Origin: a virus | Virus record (IMG/VR): IMGVR_UViG_3300027976_000007 | Location: 64,001-128,000 of that record | Strand: one strand, 5' to 3' | DNA length: 64,000 bases | In this document: in pieces, positions 46,840 through 58,500 of the stretch | Numbering within the stretch: position 1 is the stretch's first letter | How the letters are laid out: each line of letters begins with the position of its first letter | Notes under the pieces: model-generated | Told to the model about the DNA's origin: nothing | The model's database searches: none | The model's input: only the letters and a program-made list of their open reading frames with translations | Program-made: the position numbers and the translations under genes

Positions 46840-47633
46840 TTTAAAAATTGGTTTATTTTAGATTGGGCTTCTTCTTTTGATACGGAAGAAGCAATTATAT
46901 TTTGAGTTTTGTCTGATTGAAGAAATGATTGGAGATCTTTATTCAGTTTTTCTTTATTCTTTTCGTCTCTTAACTTTTCTTTATCTGTTTTATCCCTCCC
47001 ATCTCGGGGAATGAAGGGGTATATATAATTTTTTAAAATATCTTCTACAGACTTCATAGTTTCTTTTTTTCCTAAATTGGAAACAGACACAAAATTGGAG
47101 AATGATTTTTTATATATAGGAAAGTTTTCTGAAACTTTTAACCATGTTTGGAGGATTGAGGAGGGAACTAAACTCCTATCTTTTCCTTTACTTTTTTCAA
47201 ATCGATTTTGGTTTCTCTTTAGGGATGTTTCTAGGTCTGTATAGACATATAACATCATAACATCATATCCGGATTCTTGAAGTTTATTTTTTAATTCTAA
47301 TGTTGGTTCTGATGATGAAGAGGTTCCGTCTAATATGAAAGACTCCTTGTTTGCTATTATTTTAGGCAATTGTTCTTGTTTGAGTTTTTTTGAAGCATTT
47401 TGCATGGCTTTCATAAATTTACTCCTATCTTTAGCACTGGTATCTTTTTGATTGAGTGAAAAATTTTCTATTTTGGATAAAGCTAAAATATTATCATCAA
47501 CATTTAGTATAGTTAATCCTTTTAAATCCAAATCTTGTAAAATAGAACCTTTTCCTGAACCTGGAGCCCCCGCAAGAATGAGGGCTTTAGGATTGGAAAG
47601 GGATTCTTTTAAAAGCTGAATTAACGATATCAT
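46836..47633 (-). CDS. P-loop kinase (zeta toxin / AAA_33 / Pnk-kinase-like)
   Basis: ILAGAPGSGKG, LNVDD, FILDGT, GYDVMMLYVYTDLETSLKRN..R; leader MISLIQLLKES. Confidence 0.75.
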   Translation of the reverse strand: MISLIQLLKESLSNPKALILAGAPGSGKGSILQDLDLKGLTILNVDDNILALSKIENFSLNQKDTSAKDRSKFMKAMQNASKKLKQEQLPKIIANKESFILDGTSSSSEPTLELKNKLQESGYDVMMLYVYTDLETSLKRNQNRFEKSKGKDRSLVPSSILQTWLKVSENFPIYKKSFSNFVSVSNLGKKETMKSVEDILKNYIYPFIPRDGRDKTDKEKLRDEKNKEKLNKDLQSFLQSDKTQNIIASSVSKEEAQSKINQFLK

Positions 47634-47685
47634 TGTTTATGGTTTTTGTTATAAATATATTAAACAAATTGAGGATATATTAAAT

Positions 47686-48456
47686 TCAAGTAATCCTTTT
47701 AGCTGAAGTTTTGGAGCTGTTAGTAATAGGTTTTGGGTTTGGGTTTTCAAGGTCAAATAATTTCTTTACAGTTAAATAAATATCAAAATTTTCTTCTTGT
47801 GATCTAGAAGATTCATACATTTCCCAACCTTTTCCTTGCATTTTACCTACCGAAGCCTTTCTTTTGTTAGAGTTTAACCATAACACTCCTGATCTTTTGG
47901 GTTTTATACCATAACATTCCTCATAACATTGGCTGTAGGCTGAAGTTTGTAGATCATATGTTATTTGAAGGTGGTTTGAGGTTTTATAATCTATAATCCA
48001 TAATTCATGATCTATTTCACATACCATATCGCAAGTTCCTGCTATTTTATATTTATCTGAAAATAAATGTACTTCTGTTTCTATTAAAGTAGGTTTATAT
48101 AATTCCCACCATTCAACAAACCTTATAAACATATTCCAGGAATCTATAGGATATTTTAACTCATCATTTTTTAATAAGGTTAATTCTTCCCCATCCAAAT
48201 ATTTTTCTATCATCTCATGAACCTGGGTTCCTCTTTTTCCTGCTTCCTTTACTATATGATTAGCTGAATATCCTACTTTTTTTAACCAATCTTCAAAATA
48301 TATTCCCTTTGGATAGTATGATAATATATGAGTAATACTAGGATAATATAAACCATTTCGTCTATAAAACCTTGAATCAGGCATGGTTATTTGTTTAGAA
48401 TCTGGGGAGATTTCTAATACCCTATTATAGGATTTTTTTATTAATTTACTTTTCAT
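47686..48456 (-). CDS. PD-(D/E)XK exonuclease
   Basis: YPSITHIL, RGTQVHE, IAGTCD, IIDYKTS, LQTSAY. Confidence 0.85.
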   Translation of the reverse strand: MKSKLIKKSYNRVLEISPDSKQITMPDSRFYRRNGLYYPSITHILSYYPKGIYFEDWLKKVGYSANHIVKEAGKRGTQVHEMIEKYLDGEELTLLKNDELKYPIDSWNMFIRFVEWWELYKPTLIETEVHLFSDKYKIAGTCDMVCEIDHELWIIDYKTSNHLQITYDLQTSAYSQCYEECYGIKPKRSGVLWLNSNKRKASVGKMQGKGWEMYESSRSQEENFDIYLTVKKLFDLENPNPKPITNSSKTSAKRIT

Positions 48457-49403
48457 AGTATTTGTATCTGTCTTTTTAATAACCCTGACATAGATAATGG
48501 GGGAGTTTTTTGTATTATATGGGTAAAATGACGAAAACCTAACTTAGATGGGTCTTTTTCATTTATGTCTACTATATATACTTCTTTACCCATTTTCATA
48601 AAATATTCAGCATGTACTAGACAATGTTTTAAAGCATCTTTATCTAGAGCCAAATATATTTGTTTTACATCAGAAGTAATTATTTTTTTTATTAAGGAAT
48701 CTTGGATTTTATTACTTAACAAAGGGATAGCATTTCTCTTAATAGCCATAGCATCAAAAAATCCTTCACATAATATTATAGGTAAATCCCAATTTATAAA
48801 CAAATCGAAAGCTATAATATCTCTGGAAATCTTAGGGTTAAGATAAGGGAGAAATTTATTATTCATAAAGGATCTACCAGTAAAATAATTAAGTTCTCCT
48901 AGGGAGTTATATGAAGGGATAATTATTCTATTAGCATATTCCCCATATTCACAATATCCTATATTATGTTTATCAATATCCTCCTGAGTTATATTTCTTT
49001 CTTTTAGATAATTGAAAGCATGCCTCATTATTAAATCCCTAGGGGTTTTGAAATTTTTAAATTCTTTAGGGAGAGATAAAGAATATTCTACCATATCCGG
49101 TAGAGAGGAATATAGGTTTGGTGATGATTTGGATGTTAGGTTTTTAAGCTCTAGCCTTAATTTCTTTTCTACTTTTAAGGATTTGAATAGATTTTCAATT
49201 TTAGTCCCTTTAAACCCATGTTTTAGAGAACCACATACCCAACAACTATATTGTCCTGTAGTAATATTTACTTCTAATTTATTCTTTATAGGATGGCAAA
49301 AGTTAGGACATTTAAATGAATAATTCCCTCCATTTTTCTTATATCCTGGACCTAATACTCTAGTTAATAAATTTAAAACAAGTTCTTCATTCATATAAGA
49401 CAT
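48453..49403 (-). CDS. DNA primase (zinc finger + TOPRIM)
   Basis: CPNFCH..CWVC, YLKER.I, RIIIP, ILCEGFFDA, LALDKDA, KDP. Confidence 0.9.
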   Translation of the reverse strand: MSYMNEELVLNLLTRVLGPGYKKNGGNYSFKCPNFCHPIKNKLEVNITTGQYSCWVCGSLKHGFKGTKIENLFKSLKVEKKLRLELKNLTSKSSPNLYSSLPDMVEYSLSLPKEFKNFKTPRDLIMRHAFNYLKERNITQEDIDKHNIGYCEYGEYANRIIIPSYNSLGELNYFTGRSFMNNKFLPYLNPKISRDIIAFDLFINWDLPIILCEGFFDAMAIKRNAIPLLSNKIQDSLIKKIITSDVKQIYLALDKDALKHCLVHAEYFMKMGKEVYIVDINEKDPSKLGFRHFTHIIQKTPPLSMSGLLKRQIQIL

Positions 49404-49411
49404 TTAATATT

Positions 49412-49443
49412 AAAATATAACATCAAAATTTAGGGAAAACAAA
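49412..49443 (-). promoter_or_regulatory. Bacteroidetes-type promoter
   Basis: TTTG-N20-TATATTTT upstream of the primase gene. Confidence 0.6.
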
Positions 49444-49884
49444 TTATAGAATAATATCCCTGTAAAAGAATCTTCCTTGGATAGAATCATTATAATATTG
49501 TTCAGGATATTCTATAACTGAATTCGAAAATAAGGCTTTGTTTTCAAAATATGTTAATTGTTTTTTAGTATAATGGACTGAAATGATGGTCTTTATTATA
49601 TCATCCCCCTTTTCTATGTCTTTGAGAAGACCTTTATGAGAACCACAATAAGTTTTCCAATCAGATTCTTTTCTGTTTTGTTTGAATTTTATAGGGCGGC
49701 CTTTAGAACCTTGAAGTTCTTTAAGTTCTTTTTTCCCTAATTTCATTTTTCGGTTAAAAAATAGCACTTTCTTTCCTATATAAATCTTACCATTAGATAG
49801 GTTTTTTATTTTATAAATAAACCCATAAACCTCTTCAGGGAAGTCCTCTATTGATTTAAAATTAACACCTTCAAATACCCACAT
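49444..49884 (-). CDS. GIY-YIG nuclease-family protein
   Basis: GFIYKIKNLSNGKIYIGKK..ESDWKTYCGS..E..YYN. Confidence 0.75.
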   Translation of the reverse strand: MWVFEGVNFKSIEDFPEEVYGFIYKIKNLSNGKIYIGKKVLFFNRKMKLGKKELKELQGSKGRPIKFKQNRKESDWKTYCGSHKGLLKDIEKGDDIIKTIISVHYTKKQLTYFENKALFSNSVIEYPEQYYNDSIQGRFFYRDIIL

Positions 49885-50810
49885 TATATGTCAAAGTTTA
49901 TTATTATATTGGTATCTATGTCTTGAGATTTTGGTAAAGGTTGAGATAATTTACCTACGGCTATAAGTTCAGAATTTCTATTATATAGCCCTATAGTAGT
50001 TATATAAGGTGAAAATGAAGAACCTGTAACAAAACCATAATACTCATTAGTATCATTAACTAGTAAAGAAGGATTCTGTGAGTAATTAAACTCATTAGCT
50101 CTTATTGAACATTGGTATTGGTTCTCATATAACGTAATTGTTGATGAAAAAGACATAGTAATAGCCTCTAAATACGAAGATGTATTATATACTCTATCTC
50201 CTATCTCTCTACTGTTTATATTTCCTATAGGGAGAATTACTAAACCATGGGAATAAAAAATATTACCTGATTTAAGGTTGGAGCTTAAAGAATTTAAAAC
50301 ATTTCCCTCACCATCATCATACAGAGAACTAGAAGCTAAATTATTATCTATCAAAGCAAAGCTGGAAGGGACAATATTTTCTCCAAATAATCTTTGAGGA
50401 ATAGAAACCACTGTTTGGTTATAGGTAGAAGATGATGAAAGAGTTCTAGATTGGGTTATATCTGTTTGTAAGTAATTATCATATCTGGGAGCATTTACTT
50501 CACCATAATATTTGTCATCTTTAACAAAATATCCAGGTATTAATGAAGGTAAAGGAACTTCATCCCCTCTACTAGAAGACCTATAATTGGAATAATATAA
50601 TTGCTTTACTCCATTCCATAATGAATATTTATCATATTCTAAAGATAAACCTGAAGAACTAACCCCATAAGATCCCGGGTTTTCTATAGCGAAAATATTA
50701 ATCCCCACATCACTCCCTGTAATCTCATTTCCGTAAAAAATGAATTCTTTATTTACTTCAAAGGGAGTTATAGTTACATCATTAGTATTGAATTGTTTAT
50801 AAGCACTCAT
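49884..50810 (-). CDS. Virion structural (baseplate) protein
   Basis: GNIFYSHG..NEFNYSQNPS..PYITTIGLYN..ELIAVGKLSQPL. Confidence 0.65.
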   Translation of the reverse strand: MSAYKQFNTNDVTITPFEVNKEFIFYGNEITGSDVGINIFAIENPGSYGVSSSGLSLEYDKYSLWNGVKQLYYSNYRSSSRGDEVPLPSLIPGYFVKDDKYYGEVNAPRYDNYLQTDITQSRTLSSSSTYNQTVVSIPQRLFGENIVPSSFALIDNNLASSSLYDDGEGNVLNSLSSNLKSGNIFYSHGLVILPIGNINSREIGDRVYNTSSYLEAITMSFSSTITLYENQYQCSIRANEFNYSQNPSLLVNDTNEYYGFVTGSSFSPYITTIGLYNRNSELIAVGKLSQPLPKSQDIDTNIIINFDI

Positions 50811-50826
50811 CTAATGTTGTTGTAGG

Positions 50827-51840
50827 TTAAAATGTTAATTTCGCTCTAATCAATAGCTCTCTAGTAAAGTCTTTTAATAAAGGTCTTGAAAGTTTAGCTA
50901 CGGCTAGAAGTTCTTGATTTGAATTATATAATCCTATGGTAGTTATATAAGTTTGAGGGTTGTCTATAAAAGAGTTATATAATATAGTTCCAGTTGAACC
51001 CGATATGAATGAAGGGTTTGTAGAGTAATTATATTCATTATTTCTACCTCTCACAAATATATAATCTGAAGATAATGTTTCTTTACTGTTAAGAGTAAAT
51101 TCACCAGAGGCATTTAAGGCTTCATATAAAAGTTGAGGGTTATTATTGTTAGTATTTGAATTTCTCAAAGTACTTAAACCAACACCTCCGGCGGCAATAG
51201 AACCATTTAAAGCTTCTCCACTTAATATAATTAAGCCTACATCTGGTAATAACCAACCGTAAGAACCTGAATTTATAGTCCAACCATTATTATTAACTCC
51301 AGTATAAATTGTTCCTGATGATCCCGATACTATATTATATCTTCTTCCCGCGTCTGTAAATACAGCACTTCCATTGAGAGAGCTATCATCTGTAAGAGAT
51401 ATTTCATTTGCGGAACCAGAGAGTTTTAATGTCATGGTTCCGGGTAATATTGATTCTTTGTATCCTGCTCTCTCTATGGGTAAAGCATAAAAATATCCAG
51501 ATGTTTGGTTTCCAAATACAAAGCTAGAATTTTCATCCCCTAAGACTAAGGTTCTATATTGACCATAATTGGTTTTTGAAGGGGAAGCCCCATTAACTGC
51601 GGCGTTATAAAGACTACTTCCACTACCCTGAGAATCACAATAAGCTATACTAAATTGGCTTAATCCTTCTGTTCCTACTGTAGCATAAATGTTATAGTAG
51701 AATCTTCCGGTATTACTAGCCTCCTGAGTGGAGGATGTAAAGAATGAAGTTAATGTTGGGGAGTTTCCCTCCCATACTGTTGTAGTTATAGGTTCAGAGG
51801 CTATTAATAAATCTCTAGGGTCAAATTGGGTAAATGCCAT
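50827..51840 (-). CDS. Virion structural (baseplate) protein, paralog of the adjacent gene
   Basis: NNEYNYSTNPSF..YITTIGLYN..ELLAVAKLSRPL. Confidence 0.65.
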   Translation of the reverse strand: MAFTQFDPRDLLIASEPITTTVWEGNSPTLTSFFTSSTQEASNTGRFYYNIYATVGTEGLSQFSIAYCDSQGSGSSLYNAAVNGASPSKTNYGQYRTLVLGDENSSFVFGNQTSGYFYALPIERAGYKESILPGTMTLKLSGSANEISLTDDSSLNGSAVFTDAGRRYNIVSGSSGTIYTGVNNNGWTINSGSYGWLLPDVGLIILSGEALNGSIAAGGVGLSTLRNSNTNNNNPQLLYEALNASGEFTLNSKETLSSDYIFVRGRNNEYNYSTNPSFISGSTGTILYNSFIDNPQTYITTIGLYNSNQELLAVAKLSRPLLKDFTRELLIRAKLTF

Positions 51841-51858
51841 ATTGTTATTTGTTTTTTA

Positions 51859-52542
51859 TTATGAAACTGTTTGGGTTGTGATTTTAGATATAGTAATTGG
51901 GATTTGAAGTCTAGCCCCACTATCTCTACCTATTACAGTTAAAGTACTATATAAAGAAGTGTCACTCCCAAATAAACTATTAACCCCAGTAGCTATAAGA
52001 GTTAAAGAAGTTCCTATAACAGCTCTAGAAATATTAGTTCCTATGGTTGATGAAGATTGGATTTGAGAATTATCCGTGGCTTTTCTTCCTATATTAACTC
52101 CTGTTCCTGTGATAGTGCTAAATAATCTAGCGTCTCCTACTATAAATTGATATCCTGAAGATTCATGAGTTGAATTATTTCCTAAATATGAAAGTGTTTG
52201 AGGTGTAATAGTTTTTTCTGAAGTTTGGAGCATAGTAATATTACCCTGACCAATAGATAAAGTAGGCATTTTTGAAGTCCCTCTAGGTAAAGTAGTAAGT
52301 TTATACTTCATTATCTGATTCTCATCGGGGAATGCTTCCAATAAAGGCATATTTTCTATGGCTTCTCCATAATATGCTGATCCTGAGGGATGTGTAGGGT
52401 TGAATAGAGTATAGTCTATTTCATCATCTGATAATGCGAATTGAGTAATTTTAAAAGTTCCATCACCTCTAGCCAGAAGTTCTCTTCCTTTTTTTGTTAA
52501 TATCGCGTCTACAGTTATGAGTTGATTGTTAAGATAGCCCAT
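51859..52542 (-). CDS. Virion structural (baseplate) protein
   Basis: VDAILTKKGRELLA..FKITQFALSDDEIDY; late motif at 52569. Confidence 0.65.
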   Translation of the reverse strand: MGYLNNQLITVDAILTKKGRELLARGDGTFKITQFALSDDEIDYTLFNPTHPSGSAYYGEAIENMPLLEAFPDENQIMKYKLTTLPRGTSKMPTLSIGQGNITMLQTSEKTITPQTLSYLGNNSTHESSGYQFIVGDARLFSTITGTGVNIGRKATDNSQIQSSSTIGTNISRAVIGTSLTLIATGVNSLFGSDTSLYSTLTVIGRDSGARLQIPITISKITTQTVS

Positions 52543-52593
52543 GAATTTTTTATTTAATTGTTAATTTATTATAAATATGCGTTTTTGTTTTTT

Positions 52594-55500
52594 TCAACCA
52601 AATGAATTTTTCTCTTTTAATATATCAATTAAACCTTGTATATTATTCTTTTGTGTTATAGAGAAATCATTTGGTATTATAAATCCTCCCCCTGTTATAT
52701 TATTATTACCTAATACTCCTTGGGGGGGTGTTTGGTATATTATTATTCTATTATCTTTTTCTTCTCTTCTTCTGATAATAATGTTATCTATTTCCCCATT
52801 TGCTATGTTTAAGGTTGAAGGATCAGGAGATACATTTATTTTATTGAATAAGGAAGAAGAATGTATAGTGTTTGTAGGGTTGGTAGGGCTGGAACCTGAA
52901 TATTGGTATAGAGATCCTACCCCATCTTCACTTGATACTGAAGTTACTATGAATTCTTGAGTTATATGAGGCTGTTTAGCGCTCCCCCCCATTGGGAGAT
53001 AAGTAATTTGTATTTCATCATTCTGTTTTATGATAAAAGGTAAAAGTTGGGTAGAATATCCAGCAATACTAGAAGAAGAAAAATTAAAGGTATGATAATT
53101 TTTATAATCCCCTTTTGAAGTTGAGAGAGATAATGAACTGTTTATAGGAAAACCTAATATATACCCTTCACCTAAAGAATAAGTTGTAGGTTGGTTTAAC
53201 TCTAATACTGTATTAATAGAATTGATTAGACCTAATCCTGGACCATAAAAACTACATACTTCTCCTGTGGTGATATTTAATGATTGAGATACTTTTATAT
53301 TACTTCCCCCTAATATAAAGCTATTGCTTGAGGTTATTAATAAGGGACCGTAAACTGTATTACCTATGGTATAACTTAATTCAAATCTATAAGTTTCTTG
53401 GAAGGATGAAGTCGTAAAGGACATTGCAGGGCTTGAATTAGGGAAATTATTAGGGGAAGGACCATATAGTCCTGTAGTAGTAGCCCCAATAATGTTATAC
53501 TGTATTCCCCCTTGGAAAATTTTAGATTTTTTCTCTTTTAAAGTACTATAATTAATACTACTTGATATGTTAGAATCATATAAAATTAAAGAATCTCTAT
53601 TTTTCTCAAACGCGCTGCTTACTATTTGCAAGAAATCTGAATTCCCTTTTGTTTTTAATGTAGGTGTGTTTATTTTAAAATTTGTAACGTTTATATCTTC
53701 TTGTGGTGATTCTATTAGGGTATCGATTTCAAAAATATAAGTTCCTTCTAGAGCTAAATTTGAATATGAACTTTTAAAGTGAGCAAAATATCTAGGGTAG
53801 GAATTTATAACAGATTCATTTCCATAAGAAACATCTCCATCCCAACTTCCACTATCACCATTTATAAAGGAGATTGATGAAGATCGGGGGGTATAATAAT
53901 TATAATTTACACTTTTAAGCTTAGACCCTAAATATCGAGGTTGGGTGAAGGACTTCTGATGATAGTTACTATCTGGAGTCTCTACTCTAGAGGCTTTATT
54001 TTGTTTTATGAGATTTAGGTTAGAAGGAAGATGCATACCCGATTGATATTCTATAGATTGGATATGTTTACTTTTTCTTATCCCTTCATCATTATTAAGG
54101 AGGGCGTTGAAGTCTGAATTTGAAAATATAAAGTCTGAAGGAAGAATAGGAGAGAAGTTATAAAGCACGTTGGATGTTGTGGTTAAAGAGAAATCTGAAG
54201 ATCCACTGTTTATTCTTCCATCAATATTATATTGGAAATATGTATTAGTATCGTCTGTGCTTTCTCCTTGGGATTCTATTAAATTATATTCATTATTTAT
54301 GATAGATCCAGATAAGTTATATACCCCTTGAGATTGAGGGGTTCCATTATAATCTAAAGTTATTTGAAAGGTAGGGTTATTTGCTAAAGTATTAATATTA
54401 TTAATAGTATCTCCCCCATTAAGACTTAACCTATTGAATATGAAAGAGGTAGGGATCCATTTAGCTATATCACTCCCTGAATTAAAGTATGTTAGGGGGT
54501 ACATATTTACACTCGCCGTCCCTATATTATATATATTTTTAATATGGAAATCTCTTTGGGTTTTAAATGATCCTAAATATAAAGTTTTGGAGGCAAAACC
54601 ACCTGAAGGAGTAACCAAACTAAAACTTGATCTGAAAAGTCTTCTATCTTTTTGATATTTGAATATTCTGTATTGTTTCGTATTTTGAACCCATAATTTA
54701 TCATCTGTTGGGATGCCTAATAAGGAAGATGCTATTTTACCTGAAGAGGGGGTTCCCGGGAGGTAGGGGTCTACATTTCCTGTTTCTAAATCAAAATAAA
54801 AATAAGGTGCTCTTACATTTTGGGGGTATTTCTTTTCATTAGGGTATAAATAATCCCCCCATCCGGGAATTGTAGGGTTATCTCTTCCATCTAGAGTTTC
54901 AGGTTTGTTTTTTGTCCAAAGAGCTATTGAAGCTAAAGAATAAGTAGGGGCGGTGCGTGCTAAATATAAAGATAGTATTACAGCATCTGTTTCTGGTGGG
55001 GGATTATTTGTCATTAATTCTTCTATCTCTAAAGCTGACGTATAATCACTACTCACGTAATAATGGATATCTACTGAATATGAAGGGTAATTTATACTTG
55101 AAGTTATTAGAGTATGATAGAATATAGGTTCACCTTTAAAGGAAGAATATGGGTTATTAAAGAGAGATTGGGTTGTTATAGGAAGTTCAGTTCCTTCATA
55201 TTCTCCATTATAAAATTCTTTTTGTGTATCTTCAATTTTTTCTATTATTCCTATAGGCGTATGTTGGGATGAAGTATAAGATTGATTAAATGAAGGATTA
55301 TTATAAGGATTTAATACCCCCCCAGGGCCTTCAGTAAAGGAATAAATTTCTGTAGGAGGGATTGAGGCTGTTATTTCAATATTTTTAAATGATATAGATT
55401 CATTCATCGATGAAGACGAATTAGTTGCCACCTTAGTATTTATAGTAAATTGGGTGGGGTGGACTCTATTTCTTTCTAATAAATGTTGTTTAATTATTAT

Positions 55501-58500
55501 ACCAGTATTAACTTTAGTTCTGGCGGGGGTATAGGCTTTTATTGAAGAAAATAAGGAATTATCATAATATTTGATAAGACGTATATAGTCCTGTAAATTA
55601 CCTTTTGAGTATTTTTTAAAGTATTCCTTGGCTATTACTCTAAGTTGAGGGTAAAATACTGAACCTGTAGTCATGAATCTAGGATCTCCTAAAGTATCTG
55701 ATATAAAGTTATATCCAAGAGATTGGATAATATCATCATTCACTTCATCTTGAGGGGAGAATCCTACCTCTAACATCGTTGTATCTTCTACATAACTCCT
55801 ACTTACTTGATAATCTTGTTGTATAGAAGTTTCTCTAGATAATAGATTTCCATAATATGGATTATTCTTTATTTGGATTTTATTTGAAATCTTATTATTA
55901 ACCCCAGAAGAAGGTTGGTTCATAAAATAAACCTCAACATTAGAAGTACTTAAATCCCCACTAGAAGTTAATTCTGAAGTTAATGAATACCCTGATGTTA
56001 CTACTCCATCATATATGAAAGAGCCTGTAATTAAAGAAGGAACTTCATTATATGTAGAAGGATGTGATGAAGAATAGTATGTAGTACTAACCCCTGAAGG
56101 TAAAGTGAATTTAGTTTCAAGTTCGTTTCCTAAAGGGGCTCTAAAAGCCAACATATCAAAAGAACTTTCTGGACCTGTAACAGAATTACCTTCTATAGAT
56201 TCAGGGTTCATTACAAAACTATTAAAAGAATTTCCGTTCAGAGGTTTTGTGTAATATCTAAGTTCTTGGAAAGATCCTGTGAATTGTACCCCTGAGACAT
56301 TTAATATTTTAGTAGTACCTTTTATTTGAGTACCATCTTTCCCTCCACCTAACAATAAACCTACACCAGCACCAGAAGATGTAGATTCAAACATGGTATT
56401 ATATAATTGAGCCCCCGCATCAGAACTACCTGTAATTATGAAACTAGCAGAAGCTTGGAATCCTAAAGAATTTCCATCAGAACCATTATATTGTTTATTT
56501 TTAGCATATAAAGTATAAGTAATATCATTAGCACTACCTTTAGTAGTAGCTCCTTCTCGTTTCAATAATACACTCCACCATCCCTTATCGAAGAAGGGTA
56601 AATAAATATCATCACTTTCTATAAAATTCCCACTATTATCCCCTAATACAAAATTTAAAGTTCCATATTCACCGTAAGGGTTTGAACCTGTACCTTGATA
56701 GTTCCCTAAAGATTGAGTTGCATAATTTAAAGTTATACCAAAACCACATCCATCAGAAGTTGAAGAATTTAAGTTAGATATTAAAGATTGAGTGAAATGA
56801 GATTCATCAGGAATTCCTAAAGTTTGAAATCTAAAAGCTATAGATGAAGGTACATTTCTTTCCCCTTTAAGGAATGAACTATAAGTTTCTTCCCATGGGG
56901 TTATTAAAGTATAATATGAAGCATTAGAATTAGTTTTAAAAGCATAACTAAATCTGTTATACCAATCATCATAATCATTGTCATTATCTTTATTCTTACC
57001 TCCGAATTCATTTATTCTAAGAATAGTATTAGGTATTCCCCAAACGTTTATAAGCTGTCTTAACCCCGAAATTGTACCTTTTTTCTTTATTAAATATGAA
57101 AGGTTATGATAAAGACGTTTTAAAATTTCTTTATTTATTTTATCTAAAGCGTAAGGAAATGATTGGATTATATTAGGGGTACTTCCACTTACATTTACGG
57201 CTATATAATCATTTATAAATTCACTCCCCGTGGAGGGGGCATAATATCCATCATTTTCCCCTATTAACCCTATGAAATTATCTGTATTTTTTGATGTGAC
57301 TGAAGTAAATCCTAAACTGTCTATAGCATCTTTTATTAACCCTAAAGGAAGACCTTGGTCTAGATTGTTAGTTGTATTATATCTTTCACTTAAAGCTTTA
57401 GTATACATCCAAACTTCATCAAAATGTTGACCTACCATATTAGAAAATTCTATATATTGGTTATTGTCATCATTGTCTCTTATAAATTCTGGTATTGTAT
57501 AATATAACCAGTTTTGGTTTTTATTATCATAAAGAGATGCTGATAAAATATATCCTCCATAATATTGATGGTTTTCTATATCATTTCCCATCCAGGTTAA
57601 CACTTGGGTACTTCCTGTATTTAAAAGAGTATAGGGGTAATTAGACCCAGTTTTAGGATATGAAAATGAAGAACTGTTATAATATTGATAGTATTCAAAA
57701 TCATCAAAGTTCTTTATAGTATTTTCTATCCTAGAATAAAAAGAATTTATTGTAGGAGAAGAGGAAGTTGTTGAGGTTAATAGGCTAATTTGATCCTCCC
57801 AACCTTGTATATTTGATACTTTTTTATAAAAATTATTTATTCTTGATTTAGCAGAAGAAAAGTTAACAAACTCATTGAAAGTACCATATGAATAATTAGG
57901 GGTGATTTTAACCCCCTCATCTTTTAATATTTTTAAGAGGTTGAATTTTGAAGCTGAAGAATTGGTTTCCATCAAATCATTTTCTGATTTCAATTCAGTT
58001 GATGGGTTCTGTTTAGCTTTGAAATCAAGGTTTGTGTTTGGGCCTTGTAAATATGTTATATTTTTTCGTTGTGAGGGGTCTGTAGATAGAAATGTAACTT
58101 CATAAGCTTTACTCTCACCTACTTTTATAACTACATTAAGTTCATCTTTAACATTATAGTTTGAGGGAAGGGGTTGGTATAATTTAACTATAACTTTCCC
58201 ATCATCTTCATTTCCTACATAATCTATATTAATACCTATAGAATAATTATTATCCCCTAAATTAAGATAAAACTCATCAAAATAAGGACTTAAACCTTTT
58301 AAAACTTGGGAACCAGATTGAATATTTTCTAATTCTTCCTTCAGGGTTTTTACTAAAGGAATTATATTCTTTGAATTTATATAATTACTCTTTAAAGATA
58401 CCTCTGTTCTATCCGAAGATATTTCGTTTATATAATATTTTTTGTCTTGAGATGATCCTAATTTATATTTAATGAAATTATAAACCCCATAAAGTTTACC

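Noticed and set aside
47686-48456. Cas4 / CRISPR adaptation gene
   Set aside because: No convincing four-Cys Fe-S cluster pattern and no array; it fits a common phage PD-(D/E)XK exonuclease next to primase.
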